Positions 25,393 through 34,740 of a stretch of 64,000 nt of DNA are shown here, in pieces (the stretch's first letter is position 1; every line of letters begins with the position of its first letter). The translations under genes and the position numbers were made by a program. Below the pieces are notes generated by a model. It searched no databases and was not told the DNA's origin. It was given only the letters and a program-made list of their open reading frames with translations. Source of the DNA: a virus (lineage: Duplodnaviria > Heunggongvirae > Uroviricota > Caudoviricetes); the IMG/VR virus record IMGVR_UViG_3300041405_000130, one strand, 5' to 3'.

Positions 25393-26624
25393 TGAGGTAT
25401 ACCTTTCTTGTAAGCTTTCAAAGCCATCAGTCTTGCTAACCTGAGTGCTTTACCTAGGTCTGGACCTTTGTACCCTTTTTCAATCAGTGGCTGTGTTTCC
25501 ACAAGGCGCACTGTGTTAGCTGCACAACGCATGTACTCAGCTTGTGGGTATGCACGATGTTCCAAACCATCTCGACCCCTGGCATCCATCTCACATGCGC
25601 GGATGAAATCCTCGAATCGTTGTGGCCTGCGATATATGTCAAAGCTTTGCAACAACTCCAACAATTTCTTTGGCGTTAGTTCCATAGCCCGATGACAATG
25701 GGTGTGGTATTGACACACCAGCGATGCTAATTGCTGGCAATCCTTCGGCACTTTAAATCGAGCATTGACATCATTAACTAATGGCACCCCCGACTTTTCA
25801 TGCTTCAGATGTTGTGGCCATTCCTCTTTAGGAGTTACACCTTTACCCAGATCATGCAACAAACATGCCCAACGAATCGGTAACGATTGCTGAAACAATG
25901 ATGCCTGTCGCAATACACTCAAGATATGTAAGCCAGTACAGATCTCTGGATGATGTGCCGCAGGCTGTGGTACACCAAACAACGCATCAACCTCTGGTAG
26001 CAATACCTTTAGCGCACCACAATCCCGTAACACTTCGATAAAGACATGTGGGTCATCTTCCATTAACGCACGAGATATTTCTTTCCAACTGCGTTCAGCG
26101 GCTAATGTTTTCAGTTCACCAGATTCACTGAGTTGACGCATCAACTCTAATGTTTCAGGTGCCACTGTAAACCCCAAGCATGCATAACGGGCTGCAAAGC
26201 GAGCTACCCGTAATACACGCAATGGATCTTCAGCAAAAGCCGGAGATACATGACGCAGCACTCGATCTTGCAAATCACGCAGACCATTGTAAGGATCAAT
26301 CAGGTTTAGTTGATCATCCTCAGCAATAGCATTAATCGTCAAATCACGACGACTAAGATCTTCTTCCAACGTTACATCAGAACTGGCATGGAAAGTAAAG
26401 CCACCATAACCAGTTCCACTTTTACGTTCGGTACGAGCCAGCGCGTATTCTTCACTCGTCTCCGGATGTAAGAACACAGGGAAATCAGTACCGACTGGTT
26501 TGTAGCCTTGCTCTAACATTTCCTCAGTAGTAGAACCAACCACTACCCAGTCTACGTCAGTTACAGGGAAACCCAGCAATCGGTCACGTACGGCGCCGCC
26601 GACTTTATAAACTGTTGGTTTCAT
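25380..26624 (-). CDS. cca: tRNA nucleotidyltransferase (CCA-adding enzyme) with C-terminal HD domain
   Basis: Strong motif match to bacterial class-II CCA enzymes throughout the N-terminal head: [63 protein letters not shown], then the HDLGKG HD motif. Confidence 0.9.
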   Translation of the reverse strand: MKPTVYKVGGAVRDRLLGFPVTDVDWVVVGSTTEEMLEQGYKPVGTDFPVFLHPETSEEYALARTERKSGTGYGGFTFHASSDVTLEEDLSRRDLTINAIAEDDQLNLIDPYNGLRDLQDRVLRHVSPAFAEDPLRVLRVARFAARYACLGFTVAPETLELMRQLSESGELKTLAAERSWKEISRALMEDDPHVFIEVLRDCGALKVLLPEVDALFGVPQPAAHHPEICTGLHILSVLRQASLFQQSLPIRWACLLHDLGKGVTPKEEWPQHLKHEKSGVPLVNDVNARFKVPKDCQQLASLVCQYHTHCHRAMELTPKKLLELLQSFDIYRRPQRFEDFIRACEMDARGRDGLEHRAYPQAEYMRCAANTVRLVETQPLIEKGYKGPDLGKALRLARLMALKAYKKGIPQCTI

Positions 26625-26923
26625 TTGCAGTGCACCATTTGTTCTTTGAAGTCTTCTCGCTCCCGATGGAACAATTGACCTTTTTCAGCATCCCAATAAA
26701 CGAACAACCGTTCATCACGACGCCAGCCAGCACCCATAGACTGACCCAGGTATTTGTAACGGGTTTCAGGGCGCAATGCATAAACCACTTCGCCCTTGAA
26801 TAATTGGTTCGCTGCATAGCGAGCCTTTATGTTCCGTTTCACACATTCCCGGTGCAATGGACCTTCGTACCGATCTGGGTTAGCATCAACCCAGTCGAGT
26901 TCCCATTGTAATGCGTTACTCAT
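26621..26923 (-). CDS. Hypothetical protein (100 aa)
   Basis: ORF; ATGA overlap with cca. Confidence 0.5.
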   Translation of the reverse strand: MSNALQWELDWVDANPDRYEGPLHRECVKRNIKARYAANQLFKGEVVYALRPETRYKYLGQSMGAGWRRDERLFVYWDAEKGQLFHREREDFKEQMVHCK

Positions 26924-27617
26924 GACCGAAGGACTTCATCACGTGAGCGATCTTGAAAGCCATCAAGTGATCCATGACCTTGTGGAGTTCTTCATCATTG
27001 GTTGGAAGGAACCGAAGTTCTTCGCCAAGATTCCAGATGTAAGGAACCCCAGTATCTTCCTCGATCATTTCACAAACAGTCAGAGAACCTTTCTCATGCC
27101 ATTCGTAAGGGTCCAAATGGATTTCCTTACGTTGCAGAGTCATGAACTCTTTCTTGAGCTCGATCATTTCAATCACGTACAATGCATCATGACCGTCTTT
27201 CGGCAGATAGGTCATGAAACCTTCTTCTTTACGACATGGTTGGTAATGACCTTCCATGTAGTTGTGAATGGTGTCTACTTCTGCTGCTGCTTTGGTATCA
27301 TGTGGATTGAACTGTACAGTAATAGGCAATGGATTCCCATTGTTATCCAACAGGTTCAGGCGACGTTTCAACAGATGGCGGAATTTAACCCAGCTCCCCT
27401 GCCAGAACTCGATGAATACCCATTCACCAGTCGGTGCATCGGAACCACCTTGAAAGAAAGCCCCCGAACCTTCACGAGCTTTGTAGTATTCACAGGCATA
27501 ACGGTTGCTGTTCATGAAGCGGGAGAAGATTTGATGTACCGACTCGGTAACATGTTTACCGTGGATGTTAATGCCAGGCCCTTTACCGGGTTGTGGACGA
27601 ACTGGGATAGCGATCAT
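26916..27617 (-). CDS. Hypothetical protein (233 aa)
   Basis: ORF. Confidence 0.55.
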   Translation of the reverse strand: MIAIPVRPQPGKGPGINIHGKHVTESVHQIFSRFMNSNRYACEYYKAREGSGAFFQGGSDAPTGEWVFIEFWQGSWVKFRHLLKRRLNLLDNNGNPLPITVQFNPHDTKAAAEVDTIHNYMEGHYQPCRKEEGFMTYLPKDGHDALYVIEMIELKKEFMTLQRKEIHLDPYEWHEKGSLTVCEMIEEDTGVPYIWNLGEELRFLPTNDEELHKVMDHLMAFKIAHVMKSFGHE

Positions 27618-27910
27618 GCGACTTGCTCCTTAAATTGGTACAGACGTGAGTTTGCAGAAGGACTAGCGTTCAAACGTTTACGGCTCATAATGCGTACGGG
27701 CCGTACCCATGTATCAGAAACCTTTAGTAGCTTGCGCATCTCGTTCATCGGCATACCCATCAGGTCATCAATGACTTGCTTGGCATCAGCACACGAGTTG
27801 AAAGTAACCGCATTCCGTTCTTGTGGGGTAACGGTACTGCGACCACTGTCTTTGCGAGTGAGGTACACATGATCCCCACCCCGGATAATCTCAAGTACGT
27901 ATTCAGACAT
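27614..27910 (-). CDS. Hypothetical protein (98 aa)
   Basis: ORF. Confidence 0.45.
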   Translation of the reverse strand: MSEYVLEIIRGGDHVYLTRKDSGRSTVTPQERNAVTFNSCADAKQVIDDLMGMPMNEMRKLLKVSDTWVRPVRIMSRKRLNASPSANSRLYQFKEQVA

Positions 27911-28428
27911 CAGCTAAGCTCCACTGCATGTAAAGTGTACCAGCCTTTGAAGAATTTGTAGTAAGTCCGCTCTTCTTGTATCTCTACAACAACCGGACCA
28001 TTCTTCCAGTTATGAACTGCCTCCATCCACGACATCTTTTTGACTTCGTAATGGATGTAGGTATCGCGAGCAGCACGATACGTGTCGAATACCATAGCAA
28101 ACCGAGGATATTGATTCAGTCCGTTGGTTAGATGCGACAGATCAGCCGGAGGACCAATAACTGCTGCATTCAGAAGCGCCTGACGCTCTTCAATGTTTTC
28201 GCAATGCTGAGCTAGGAACGTGTGCTTCCAACGTTTTTCCAGCCCGCTCCAATCTTGATAACGGAAGCGGATCATGTAACGACGATCCCCTCCTTTACCC
28301 GGAGCATTGTTCAAACGAGCATCTTGCCAAGCCGCACCACAGACGACTAAGCAAATCAAAGCTGCTACCGTAACCATTCCCATTAAGAACAGTTGAATGC
28401 CATGGGCATTTTCAATAAACGCTACCAT
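27910..28428 (-). CDS. Membrane-anchored protein (172 aa)
   Basis: N-terminal TM. Confidence 0.5.
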   Translation of the reverse strand: MVAFIENAHGIQLFLMGMVTVAALICLVVCGAAWQDARLNNAPGKGGDRRYMIRFRYQDWSGLEKRWKHTFLAQHCENIEERQALLNAAVIGPPADLSHLTNGLNQYPRFAMVFDTYRAARDTYIHYEVKKMSWMEAVHNWKNGPVVVEIQEERTYYKFFKGWYTLHAVELS

Positions 28429-28485
28429 TACTTTTCCTTGTTTCGGACAAAAAAGAAAACGGGCCGGAATTGGCCCATCTCTTAA

Positions 28486-28863
28486 TCACACCGGGTCAAT
28501 AACAATACCACCCATAAAACTAATGGAGGCACGTTTATTGATTTCCGATGTATTAAAGATGAGTTTGTTAAAGCGTTCGGCTGTAAAGCGTTTAATAGGA
28601 GTGTCAATTCGAAAGGGTGCATTCTCGAATCCTTCACCTGCCCATACTACACGATACATCCAAATGTCATCACGGATATCCAGACTGATCTTAATCAGTT
28701 CACGGTCTGGTTTATCGCCGAACAATTCAGCGAGAGGGGATTCATCACCAAAGAAGATGTGAAACTCACGTACACTCAGCGACAACGATTTTGCAAACAC
28801 TGCAGCTCTGCTCTTCTGTGCAACAGAAATCTGTTCTTTGCTAGCCATAATGTATTCTTCCAA
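28486..28863 (-). CDS. Hypothetical protein (125 aa)
   Basis: ORF directly downstream of a promoter motif. Confidence 0.5.
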   Translation of the reverse strand: MEEYIMASKEQISVAQKSRAAVFAKSLSLSVREFHIFFGDESPLAELFGDKPDRELIKISLDIRDDIWMYRVVWAGEGFENAPFRIDTPIKRFTAERFNKLIFNTSEINKRASISFMGGIVIDPV

Positions 28864-28881
28864 GTCTTATAACTCACAAAA

Positions 28882-28912
28882 GTAATATAGGCTTTTAAAT
28901 AGTTTAAATCAA
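28882..28912 (-). promoter_or_regulatory. Sigma70-like promoter (minus: TTGATT-17 bp-TATATT AC)
   Basis: -35 TTGATT, 17-nt spacer, -10 TATATT; ~30 nt upstream of ATG 28863 and directly downstream of the terminator. Confidence 0.6.
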
Positions 28913-28924
28913 CAGCTTTCTAAA

Positions 28925-28964
28925 ACAAAAAAAAAGAAGGCATAAAGCTTCCCCGAAGGGAAGC
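28925..28964 (-). terminator. Rho-independent terminator: GCTTCCC-UUCG-GGGAAGC + U-run (A11 on plus)
   Basis: Perfect stem, tetraloop and T-run on the transcribed strand, after the Big_2 gene. Confidence 0.7.
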
Positions 28965-28971
28965 GATATGT

Positions 28972-29520
28972 TTAGGCTGTAACGGTAACAGTCTTGGTGA
29001 TGCTGTACAGGCCAGCTTCAGCAATAGTGATAACCGAGGTACCGGCTTCAACACCAGTAACTTCACCAGTTGCAGATACGGTGGCCTTAGCCGGAGTACC
29101 CGAAGTGAAGGTTGGTGCAGCAGTGTACGGCTGACCGTTCTTAGTGACGGTAACAACCAGTTGCACTTTAGCGCCAACAGCGACGCTAGGTGTAGCAGGA
29201 GTTGCAGTAGCAACGTAAACATCAGGTGGAGTAACTTTCGCTTTAACAGAGAAAGCAACAACCAGACGCTTAGGTTCCTGGACGACTTCTACGTCTTTCC
29301 AGCCAGCAGCTTCAACAGCCGCTTTCAGGGAAGCTTGTGCAGAGTTAGTCAAAACTTGACCGTCAACGATAACACGCAGCGATGGGTTTTCGATCTCATC
29401 ATTGGTGACGTAGTCAACAGTACGTTGTTCGGTGAGGCGGGCATTGATTGCAGCTTCAATCGGGGCAACGTCAAGTGCAACACGTGCAGCAATAGCATCA
29501 GCTTTGTTCAGAATAGCCAT
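28972..29520 (-). CDS. Bacterial Ig-like (Big_2) domain protein, Thr/Val/Ala-rich; monocistronic with a strong AAGGAG RBS
   Basis: C-terminal TSGTPAKATVSATGEVTGVEAGTSVITIAEAGLYSITKTVTVTA, typical of a Big_2 fold; own promoter-proximal region and own terminator. Confidence 0.55.
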   Translation of the reverse strand: MAILNKADAIAARVALDVAPIEAAINARLTEQRTVDYVTNDEIENPSLRVIVDGQVLTNSAQASLKAAVEAAGWKDVEVVQEPKRLVVAFSVKAKVTPPDVYVATATPATPSVAVGAKVQLVVTVTKNGQPYTAAPTFTSGTPAKATVSATGEVTGVEAGTSVITIAEAGLYSITKTVTVTA

Positions 29521-29579
29521 ATCGGGCTCCTTGTGATCACAGAAATCTACGGATGTAGATACATAAGATCACACAGAGC

Positions 29580-30023
29580 CTAGCTATTAATGTCAGCGCA
29601 ATGGCTGTCCCAGTATGTTACTAAACCAAAATCAATGACCTCATGAGGGGGATTGATGGACTCTCCTCCTTCATCGAGCAACTGCATGTTGCACTCATCG
29701 ATTGTGTCTAATACCATCCTGACACCTATCCGCATGCATTCAATTGCATCCGGTGTTACGCTAGCCATTTCTGTTAATCCATCTAGCCGATCTTCGATGT
29801 GCTGAACAAACAACCCTTGCGACGCTCGAGTTCCAGCAATCTTAGCGTTCTCTTCACCCTTGGTTCCGACTATCTGCAAGATATGTGCATCGATATCCTG
29901 CGTCAAGTCAATACCGTCTAGCTTAGAACTCGCTATGAAGTTACGCAACTTGTTTCTTTCAAAAGCACATTCAGCTTCGGGCATGACAACCTCAACTGTT
30001 GATATAGCTAGACCACCGATCAA
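29580..30023 (-). CDS. Small acidic protein, member of the C-terminal -(I/V)NS family (..WDSHCADINS)
   Basis: ORF; shared C-terminal motif with five neighbours. Confidence 0.5.
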   Translation of the reverse strand: MIGGLAISTVEVVMPEAECAFERNKLRNFIASSKLDGIDLTQDIDAHILQIVGTKGEENAKIAGTRASQGLFVQHIEDRLDGLTEMASVTPDAIECMRIGVRMVLDTIDECNMQLLDEGGESINPPHEVIDFGLVTYWDSHCADINS

Positions 30024-30384
30024 TCATCGGAATCATATCCGGACCATGATCAGTAATCTGTACGTTGAGCATTCGATCATCGCCATCAATCAGCAACATG
30101 TTCTTGGTGTCGATGGCGTTGAACACACACTCAACACCACGGTTCATACCAGACCGGAAGGCCTGAGACATTGTAGAACCTTTATCGAACTTAGGTGGCA
30201 GCTGATCCAACACGTTAGCCTGAACTTCAGCAAAGAAGAAACCACGTGCCATCTCGGATTCTTCTTCTAGTTCTCTTTCCAGGTCGGCAACTATGGAGTA
30301 GGCTTTTTCAAGCTCTTCCTTAGTTACCTTTGAACGGTTATTCACAAGCAGAGTCCTCAATGATGGGTTCGATCTCGGTAACAC
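29992..30384 (-). CDS. Small acidic protein, C-terminal -INS family (..RWSSYINS)
   Basis: ORF. Confidence 0.5.
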   Translation of the reverse strand: MLPRSNPSLRTLLVNNRSKVTKEELEKAYSIVADLERELEEESEMARGFFFAEVQANVLDQLPPKFDKGSTMSQAFRSGMNRGVECVFNAIDTKNMLLIDGDDRMLNVQITDHGPDMIPMIDRWSSYINS

Positions 30385-30802
30385 TGATACGGTTGTAGAT
30401 TACTTGCAACGCAACCTGACCGCCTTCTAGTTGTTCCAGATCCATCCCGAAGTCGTATGCCACCAAATCCTTTTCATGGGACTCGTCAATGCCATCCAGC
30501 GAACTAGCGCTCCGGGCAAAGGTATCTACTACAGAGAACCGACCGAGCTTTTCAGCGTGGTCGTATTCCAGACAGATTGGGGTTTCGAGTTTTGCAACAA
30601 CATCAATGCCATGCTTCTTGTAACGGAAGCCAGTCAACCAGGTTGGTTTTGGCGTATGCACAACCTCAGGGAAATCAGCATCGACCCACTGCTTCAAGCC
30701 ACCACCGGTAGCATTGATGAGCCATTCCCACGTAGCGTAGGCAATGAGTCCGATAATCACGAGTGCAACAAGGCCGAGGGTAGCAGCAGGAGCGGTGAAC
30801 AT
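30338..30802 (-). CDS. Membrane-anchored protein (154 aa)
   Basis: N-terminal TM. Confidence 0.5.
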   Translation of the reverse strand: MFTAPAATLGLVALVIIGLIAYATWEWLINATGGGLKQWVDADFPEVVHTPKPTWLTGFRYKKHGIDVVAKLETPICLEYDHAEKLGRFSVVDTFARSASSLDGIDESHEKDLVAYDFGMDLEQLEGGQVALQVIYNRISVTEIEPIIEDSACE

Positions 30803-30972
30803 TTTTATTCCTTGGGGTCAGCTTAGACCAGTTTGAGAGACGAGGGCGATGTACAGTGCTCCAGCTAGAGCCAACCCCAATGGGTTACGATACTCGTAGA
30901 AGAAGGCAATAAGCGCGTGTTTCATTTTAGCAATCCAGAGGGGTTGTATACATACTGATACGCCGCCAGTAT

Positions 30973-31266
30973 TTATTCCTCAGAACGCTTATGCATGATT
31001 ACATCTCGAAATGTTTTGGGGTCATCCATTTCCCGAGAGTATGCAAATTCATGCCACTTATCATAGATCTCCATGGGGAGATGATTAGCTTCGGCCATTG
31101 TTCGAAATCCAAGAGTTATGCCCAAGATGATACCATGGCGAGTACCCTCGTGGTAATATATACAAGCAGTTGATGGATCGTTAGCTTCTGCGTATGATGG
31201 TCCCTGAGATTCCACGATCATGTTGTGGAACAGCTCTTGGTAATCAGCCATAGTGCAGGTCAACAT
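30973..31266 (-). CDS. Hypothetical protein (97 aa)
   Basis: ORF. Confidence 0.45.
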   Translation of the reverse strand: MLTCTMADYQELFHNMIVESQGPSYAEANDPSTACIYYHEGTRHGIILGITLGFRTMAEANHLPMEIYDKWHEFAYSREMDDPKTFRDVIMHKRSEE

Positions 31267-31537
31267 GTTTTTCGAAGCACGTAAGCATCACGTCATCTTT
31301 GATGTCATCTGCCTTTTCCATAGTGAGTGGTTCACCGGCCTTAGCAAAGTGACTGAAATAACCAATGGTCAATCGAGAACCTTCAATGAGCTGGGTAAGC
31401 GTATGTGCTTCGCCTGCCGAGTTATCATCCAAGTATTCAACCAAGCCACCAAAGAACTTATCTGGATCAGGAATCATTACAACCTCACAAAAGAAAACAA
31501 CAGAAAGCCTACCCCGAAGGGTAGGCGTTCTATTCAA
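31244..31537 (-). CDS. Hypothetical protein (97 aa)
   Basis: ORF. Confidence 0.45.
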   Translation of the reverse strand: MNRTPTLRGRLSVVFFCEVVMIPDPDKFFGGLVEYLDDNSAGEAHTLTQLIEGSRLTIGYFSHFAKAGEPLTMEKADDIKDDVMLTCFEKHVDLHYG

Positions 31538-31543
31538 GCAGAG

Positions 31544-32407
31544 TTACTTGTTGAAGATACGGTTCGAAAGACCAGCGCTGCCCATAGCCTCGTAAGGTAC
31601 GAAAACAGCAGCTTTGTTTTCCGCCATTTGACCTTGAACGTCCAGAGCTTTGTAAGCCAGCAACATTGGGCTCAGACCATCAGCAGTGATGGCGTTAGAG
31701 TCACGCAGGGTCTTGGCACGGGTCAGCTCGATATCACGGTCCAGTTGCGCAAGAGCCAGAGCGTTGGTACGCTTGGTGGTCTCGATCGCTTGCTGGTTGG
31801 TTTCAGTTTCGATAGCCAGACGACGTTCCGATTGCTTCTCGATAGCAACGGTGATAACATCAGGGTATTTCAAGTTACCCAGAGTAACGTTGGAAACTTC
31901 CAGAGGAGAGTTAGCCATTGCCTTCACCAGACGCTCACTGAGATCTTTGGTGATGTTATCGAAGTTAGCACCAACGTCTTCGGTCTTATACTTGCCCACA
32001 ACCGAACGGGATACCGATTGCACAACGTCTAGGCCATACACACCGTAGACTTGCTGCAGAGTAACGCGTTTGTCTTTCACTTGGATGTCGTTGAACATCT
32101 GGTTCAGGACTTTCTCGTTACCGCCGATGCGAGTACGGAAGCGAACATCGAAGGTCAGGTCGAGCTTGTCGTCCATCTTCACGGTGATGGTTTCAGCAAC
32201 GGTACGGGTACCAGTTTCCAGCAGGACCAGTTCATCACGGCCCCACAGGGTTTCTTTACCCGGTTCCAGGATTTCTTTGTTGTAGCCAGTAGTGGTCAGA
32301 ACCTTACCTTTGAAAGCAGGAGGAATGACTTCGAACGAGCAACCTTGCAGCGCAACGACAGCGATCATGGCGAGTGCAGCGGATTTGATTACAGACAACA
32401 GTTTCAT
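31544..32407 (-). CDS. SPFH/band-7 (prohibitin-like) domain lipoprotein
   Basis: Lipobox LQG-C signal peptide; the central region has an SPFH-like alternation of beta and long coiled-coil helix (QSERRLAIETETNQQAIETTKR...). Confidence 0.5.
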   Translation of the reverse strand: MKLLSVIKSAALAMIAVVALQGCSFEVIPPAFKGKVLTTTGYNKEILEPGKETLWGRDELVLLETGTRTVAETITVKMDDKLDLTFDVRFRTRIGGNEKVLNQMFNDIQVKDKRVTLQQVYGVYGLDVVQSVSRSVVGKYKTEDVGANFDNITKDLSERLVKAMANSPLEVSNVTLGNLKYPDVITVAIEKQSERRLAIETETNQQAIETTKRTNALALAQLDRDIELTRAKTLRDSNAITADGLSPMLLAYKALDVQGQMAENKAAVFVPYEAMGSAGLSNRIFNK

Positions 32408-32447
32408 GCAACTTTTCCTTTTGAATTCGATTTGTGTGCAGCGTGGT

Positions 32448-32792
32448 TTACTTGTTCAGATTGCCAGCGTCAATTTCTTTACGCAGTGCAGCGGCAGCTT
32501 CTTTTGCAGATTGTGGAGAAGCAGTTTCATGCTTCACCGGAGTGCTTTTTTCAGTCAGCGTACCGACTTGATCAAAGCGTGCACGATCGCCTTCGGTGTT
32601 ATGCACACCAACGTTAACGAACGTAAGCAGCCAGACCACTGGCAGAATGAACGTCCAGACCCAACGAGTACGTGGAGTGATCCAGGCCATCCATTCAGCT
32701 TTGCTGCGGATCAACCAGGTGAGAAACACTGCGAGCACAATCAGGCCCATTACGGCACCGATGACACTACCTTGCCAATATACTGGAAACAT
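32448..32792 (-). CDS. Membrane protein (114 aa)
   Basis: Two TM segments. Confidence 0.5.
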   Translation of the reverse strand: MFPVYWQGSVIGAVMGLIVLAVFLTWLIRSKAEWMAWITPRTRWVWTFILPVVWLLTFVNVGVHNTEGDRARFDQVGTLTEKSTPVKHETASPQSAKEAAAALRKEIDAGNLNK

Positions 32793-32801
32793 CTGTTTTC
32801 C

Positions 32802-33104
32802 TTAGGAGTTAATTGAAGCGGTCCATTCGTCGGACATCTGTTGATGCACGAGGTCATCAATAGTACCGTTTTGTGCATCAGCTACGGTGAAGAACCCGTG
32901 GGTATCAAACACCGACAGCGTTTGTCCTACTGTGCGATTGTAGAGCCCTTCCAATGCACCAAGAACACTTTCTTTGGTGAACGCTTCATTACCAGCGCCA
33001 CCCTCGTCGACGCGTGCATCTTTGTATGCATCACAAACGAGTTGATCACGATCCTGGCTAAGCTTATCCAACATGCCAGCTTCTTTCAGGGTGACGGCCA
33101 TCAA
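32802..33104 (-). CDS. Small acidic protein, C-terminal -INS family (..DEWTASINS)
   Basis: ORF; TGATG coupling with the upstream gene. Confidence 0.5.
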   Translation of the reverse strand: MMAVTLKEAGMLDKLSQDRDQLVCDAYKDARVDEGGAGNEAFTKESVLGALEGLYNRTVGQTLSVFDTHGFFTVADAQNGTIDDLVHQQMSDEWTASINS

Positions 33105-33775
33105 GAGTTAACTGCTTCTGACCAGGATTCGGTCAGTGCAGCGGACAGGCCTTGAACAGTAGAGATACCACCGGAAGCGAAGGCTTCTTCCAGGACGCTG
33201 ACGGTACCAACGATTGCGGTATCGACAGCAGTAGCGACGGTGAGTTCGCCATTGGCAGCAGAGCGAACAGCGTTGATGGATGCCAGTACTACGGCATTGT
33301 TCTTATCAGTGGTGTTTCCGGTAGCAGCTTCAGTCACGACATGATTCCTTGTTTGAGTATCCCAGAGGTTCAGGTGAACACCCCAGAGTTCGGTATGGTT
33401 TGCAACCATAGCGACTTTGTTGTTGATTATGCACGCGGTATCGGTAATGGCGTCTTGGACGGCACCACGGATTACTGCATGGTATTGCAGAGGCAAGTGA
33501 TTTTTTGCACGGTCCACGATAATATCGCGTTGGCGTTTCAAACCATTTCGGAGTGGTTCCAGTGCATATGAAGGTTCTTCATAAGCAGTCCATGACATTT
33601 CACCGTCACGGGAAGGATGTGGAATACCTAGCTCATTAAGCTCTTTGGCTATGTAGTAATCCAGGTTATGGTCATCATCCTCAGCACTCTCCCATACCTC
33701 TTCACTAACTAGGGGTTCCAGGGGCAAAGAAATCCTCCAGTGATACTTTCTCCTCGGCTCGATGGATTGCACCAA
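33101..33775 (-). CDS. Acidic protein (224 aa), C-terminal -VNS family (..ESWSEAVNS)
   Basis: ORF. Confidence 0.55.
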   Translation of the reverse strand: MVQSIEPRRKYHWRISLPLEPLVSEEVWESAEDDDHNLDYYIAKELNELGIPHPSRDGEMSWTAYEEPSYALEPLRNGLKRQRDIIVDRAKNHLPLQYHAVIRGAVQDAITDTACIINNKVAMVANHTELWGVHLNLWDTQTRNHVVTEAATGNTTDKNNAVVLASINAVRSAANGELTVATAVDTAIVGTVSVLEEAFASGGISTVQGLSAALTESWSEAVNS

Positions 33776-33947
33776 TTGCTTGGGTAATACGATCTTTTGT
33801 TCCGTGGAAAAGAATACCTGCTTTGGTTAGTGCATCCAGCGTAGCTTCTACGCCAGGAGCCAGTCGTTCGAAATCATCTTCATCCAGAGATCGGCTCCAA
33901 TCAATCAGTTCACGAGCCGCAACATCAATCTCGTTCTGACGATGGCC
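33705..33947 (-). CDS. Hypothetical protein (~80 aa; start at ATG 33947, TAATG-coupled)
   Basis: Start moved from the ORF-track position 34007 to avoid a 58-nt overlap. Confidence 0.45.
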   Translation of the reverse strand, partial: GHRQNEIDVAARELIDWSRSLDEDDFERLAPGVEATLDALTKAGILFHGTKDRITQAIGAIHRAEEKVSLEDFFAPGTPS

Positions 33948-33949
33948 CA

Positions 33950-34210
33950 TTACGAATTGACTTCTTCGATGAAACGATCGGCAGCACCCATGAACTCGGT
34001 TGCGCAACCACCAGCCGATACTTCCAGGCAGAAAGCGTTCTCGTAGGTACGAGCGGTTTCAGCGATGGCGTGGATGATACCTTGCTCTTGCGGCATGGCT
34101 TCTGCTTCGATACGGATACCGACCAGACTGTCCAGAATTTCGCGTTGTTTGTTGTCGTTGGCTTCAGCTACGCCAGCTACTAGTTCATCAGCGTTTTCGA
34201 TAGTGCTCAT
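33950..34210 (-). CDS. Small acidic protein, C-terminal -VNS family (..RFIEEVNS)
   Basis: ORF. Confidence 0.5.
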   Translation of the reverse strand: MSTIENADELVAGVAEANDNKQREILDSLVGIRIEAEAMPQEQGIIHAIAETARTYENAFCLEVSAGGCATEFMGAADRFIEEVNS

Positions 34211-34219
34211 TGCATGTCC

Positions 34220-34513
34220 TTACGAATTGATTGCAGCGATGTATGCTTCCGATAACTCATCGTTATCAAAGAAGGGTTGGTCACCCAGTTTAACCCCTGG
34301 TGGTTCATGAGGGAAAATTTGGGCTTGTGACTCGATGGCTTGAAGCGTCAACAGCGTGGTGTCTTGGATTGCCCCTTTAACCGCTACTGCTTGATCAATA
34401 GTAAAACCAAGATCTTGGTCATCGAGTTTGTCTTGAACTTGTTGGTTTGCATCAAGTAGATCAGCGAGCAGCTTTTCGCGGGCGTTGATCATACCAGTGG
34501 TGCGTGTGCTCAT
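34220..34513 (-). CDS. Small acidic protein, C-terminal -INS family (..EAYIAAINS)
   Basis: ORF. Confidence 0.5.
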   Translation of the reverse strand: MSTRTTGMINAREKLLADLLDANQQVQDKLDDQDLGFTIDQAVAVKGAIQDTTLLTLQAIESQAQIFPHEPPGVKLGDQPFFDNDELSEAYIAAINS

Positions 34514-34740
34514 ACGTGTACGTCCACCAGATATTCTGGATTTGGTTTCAGTTCCAATCGGTCCTTCTGTTGGATAGGTTCGGGCGATTCTTTTACAACA
34601 GGACGCTGTGGGGTATGGATTAATGCGCCACCCATAACCCCAGCTAGGATTTCTTCAAACGACAGATTCTCCGGGAACGGTTCTTTTGCCATGTTCAATG
34701 TCCTCTCCATGTAACCAACTAAGGACGATTTCATCCTCAT
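34510..34740 (-). CDS. Hypothetical protein (76 aa)
   Basis: ORF. Confidence 0.4.
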   Translation of the reverse strand: MRMKSSLVGYMERTLNMAKEPFPENLSFEEILAGVMGGALIHTPQRPVVKESPEPIQQKDRLELKPNPEYLVDVHV

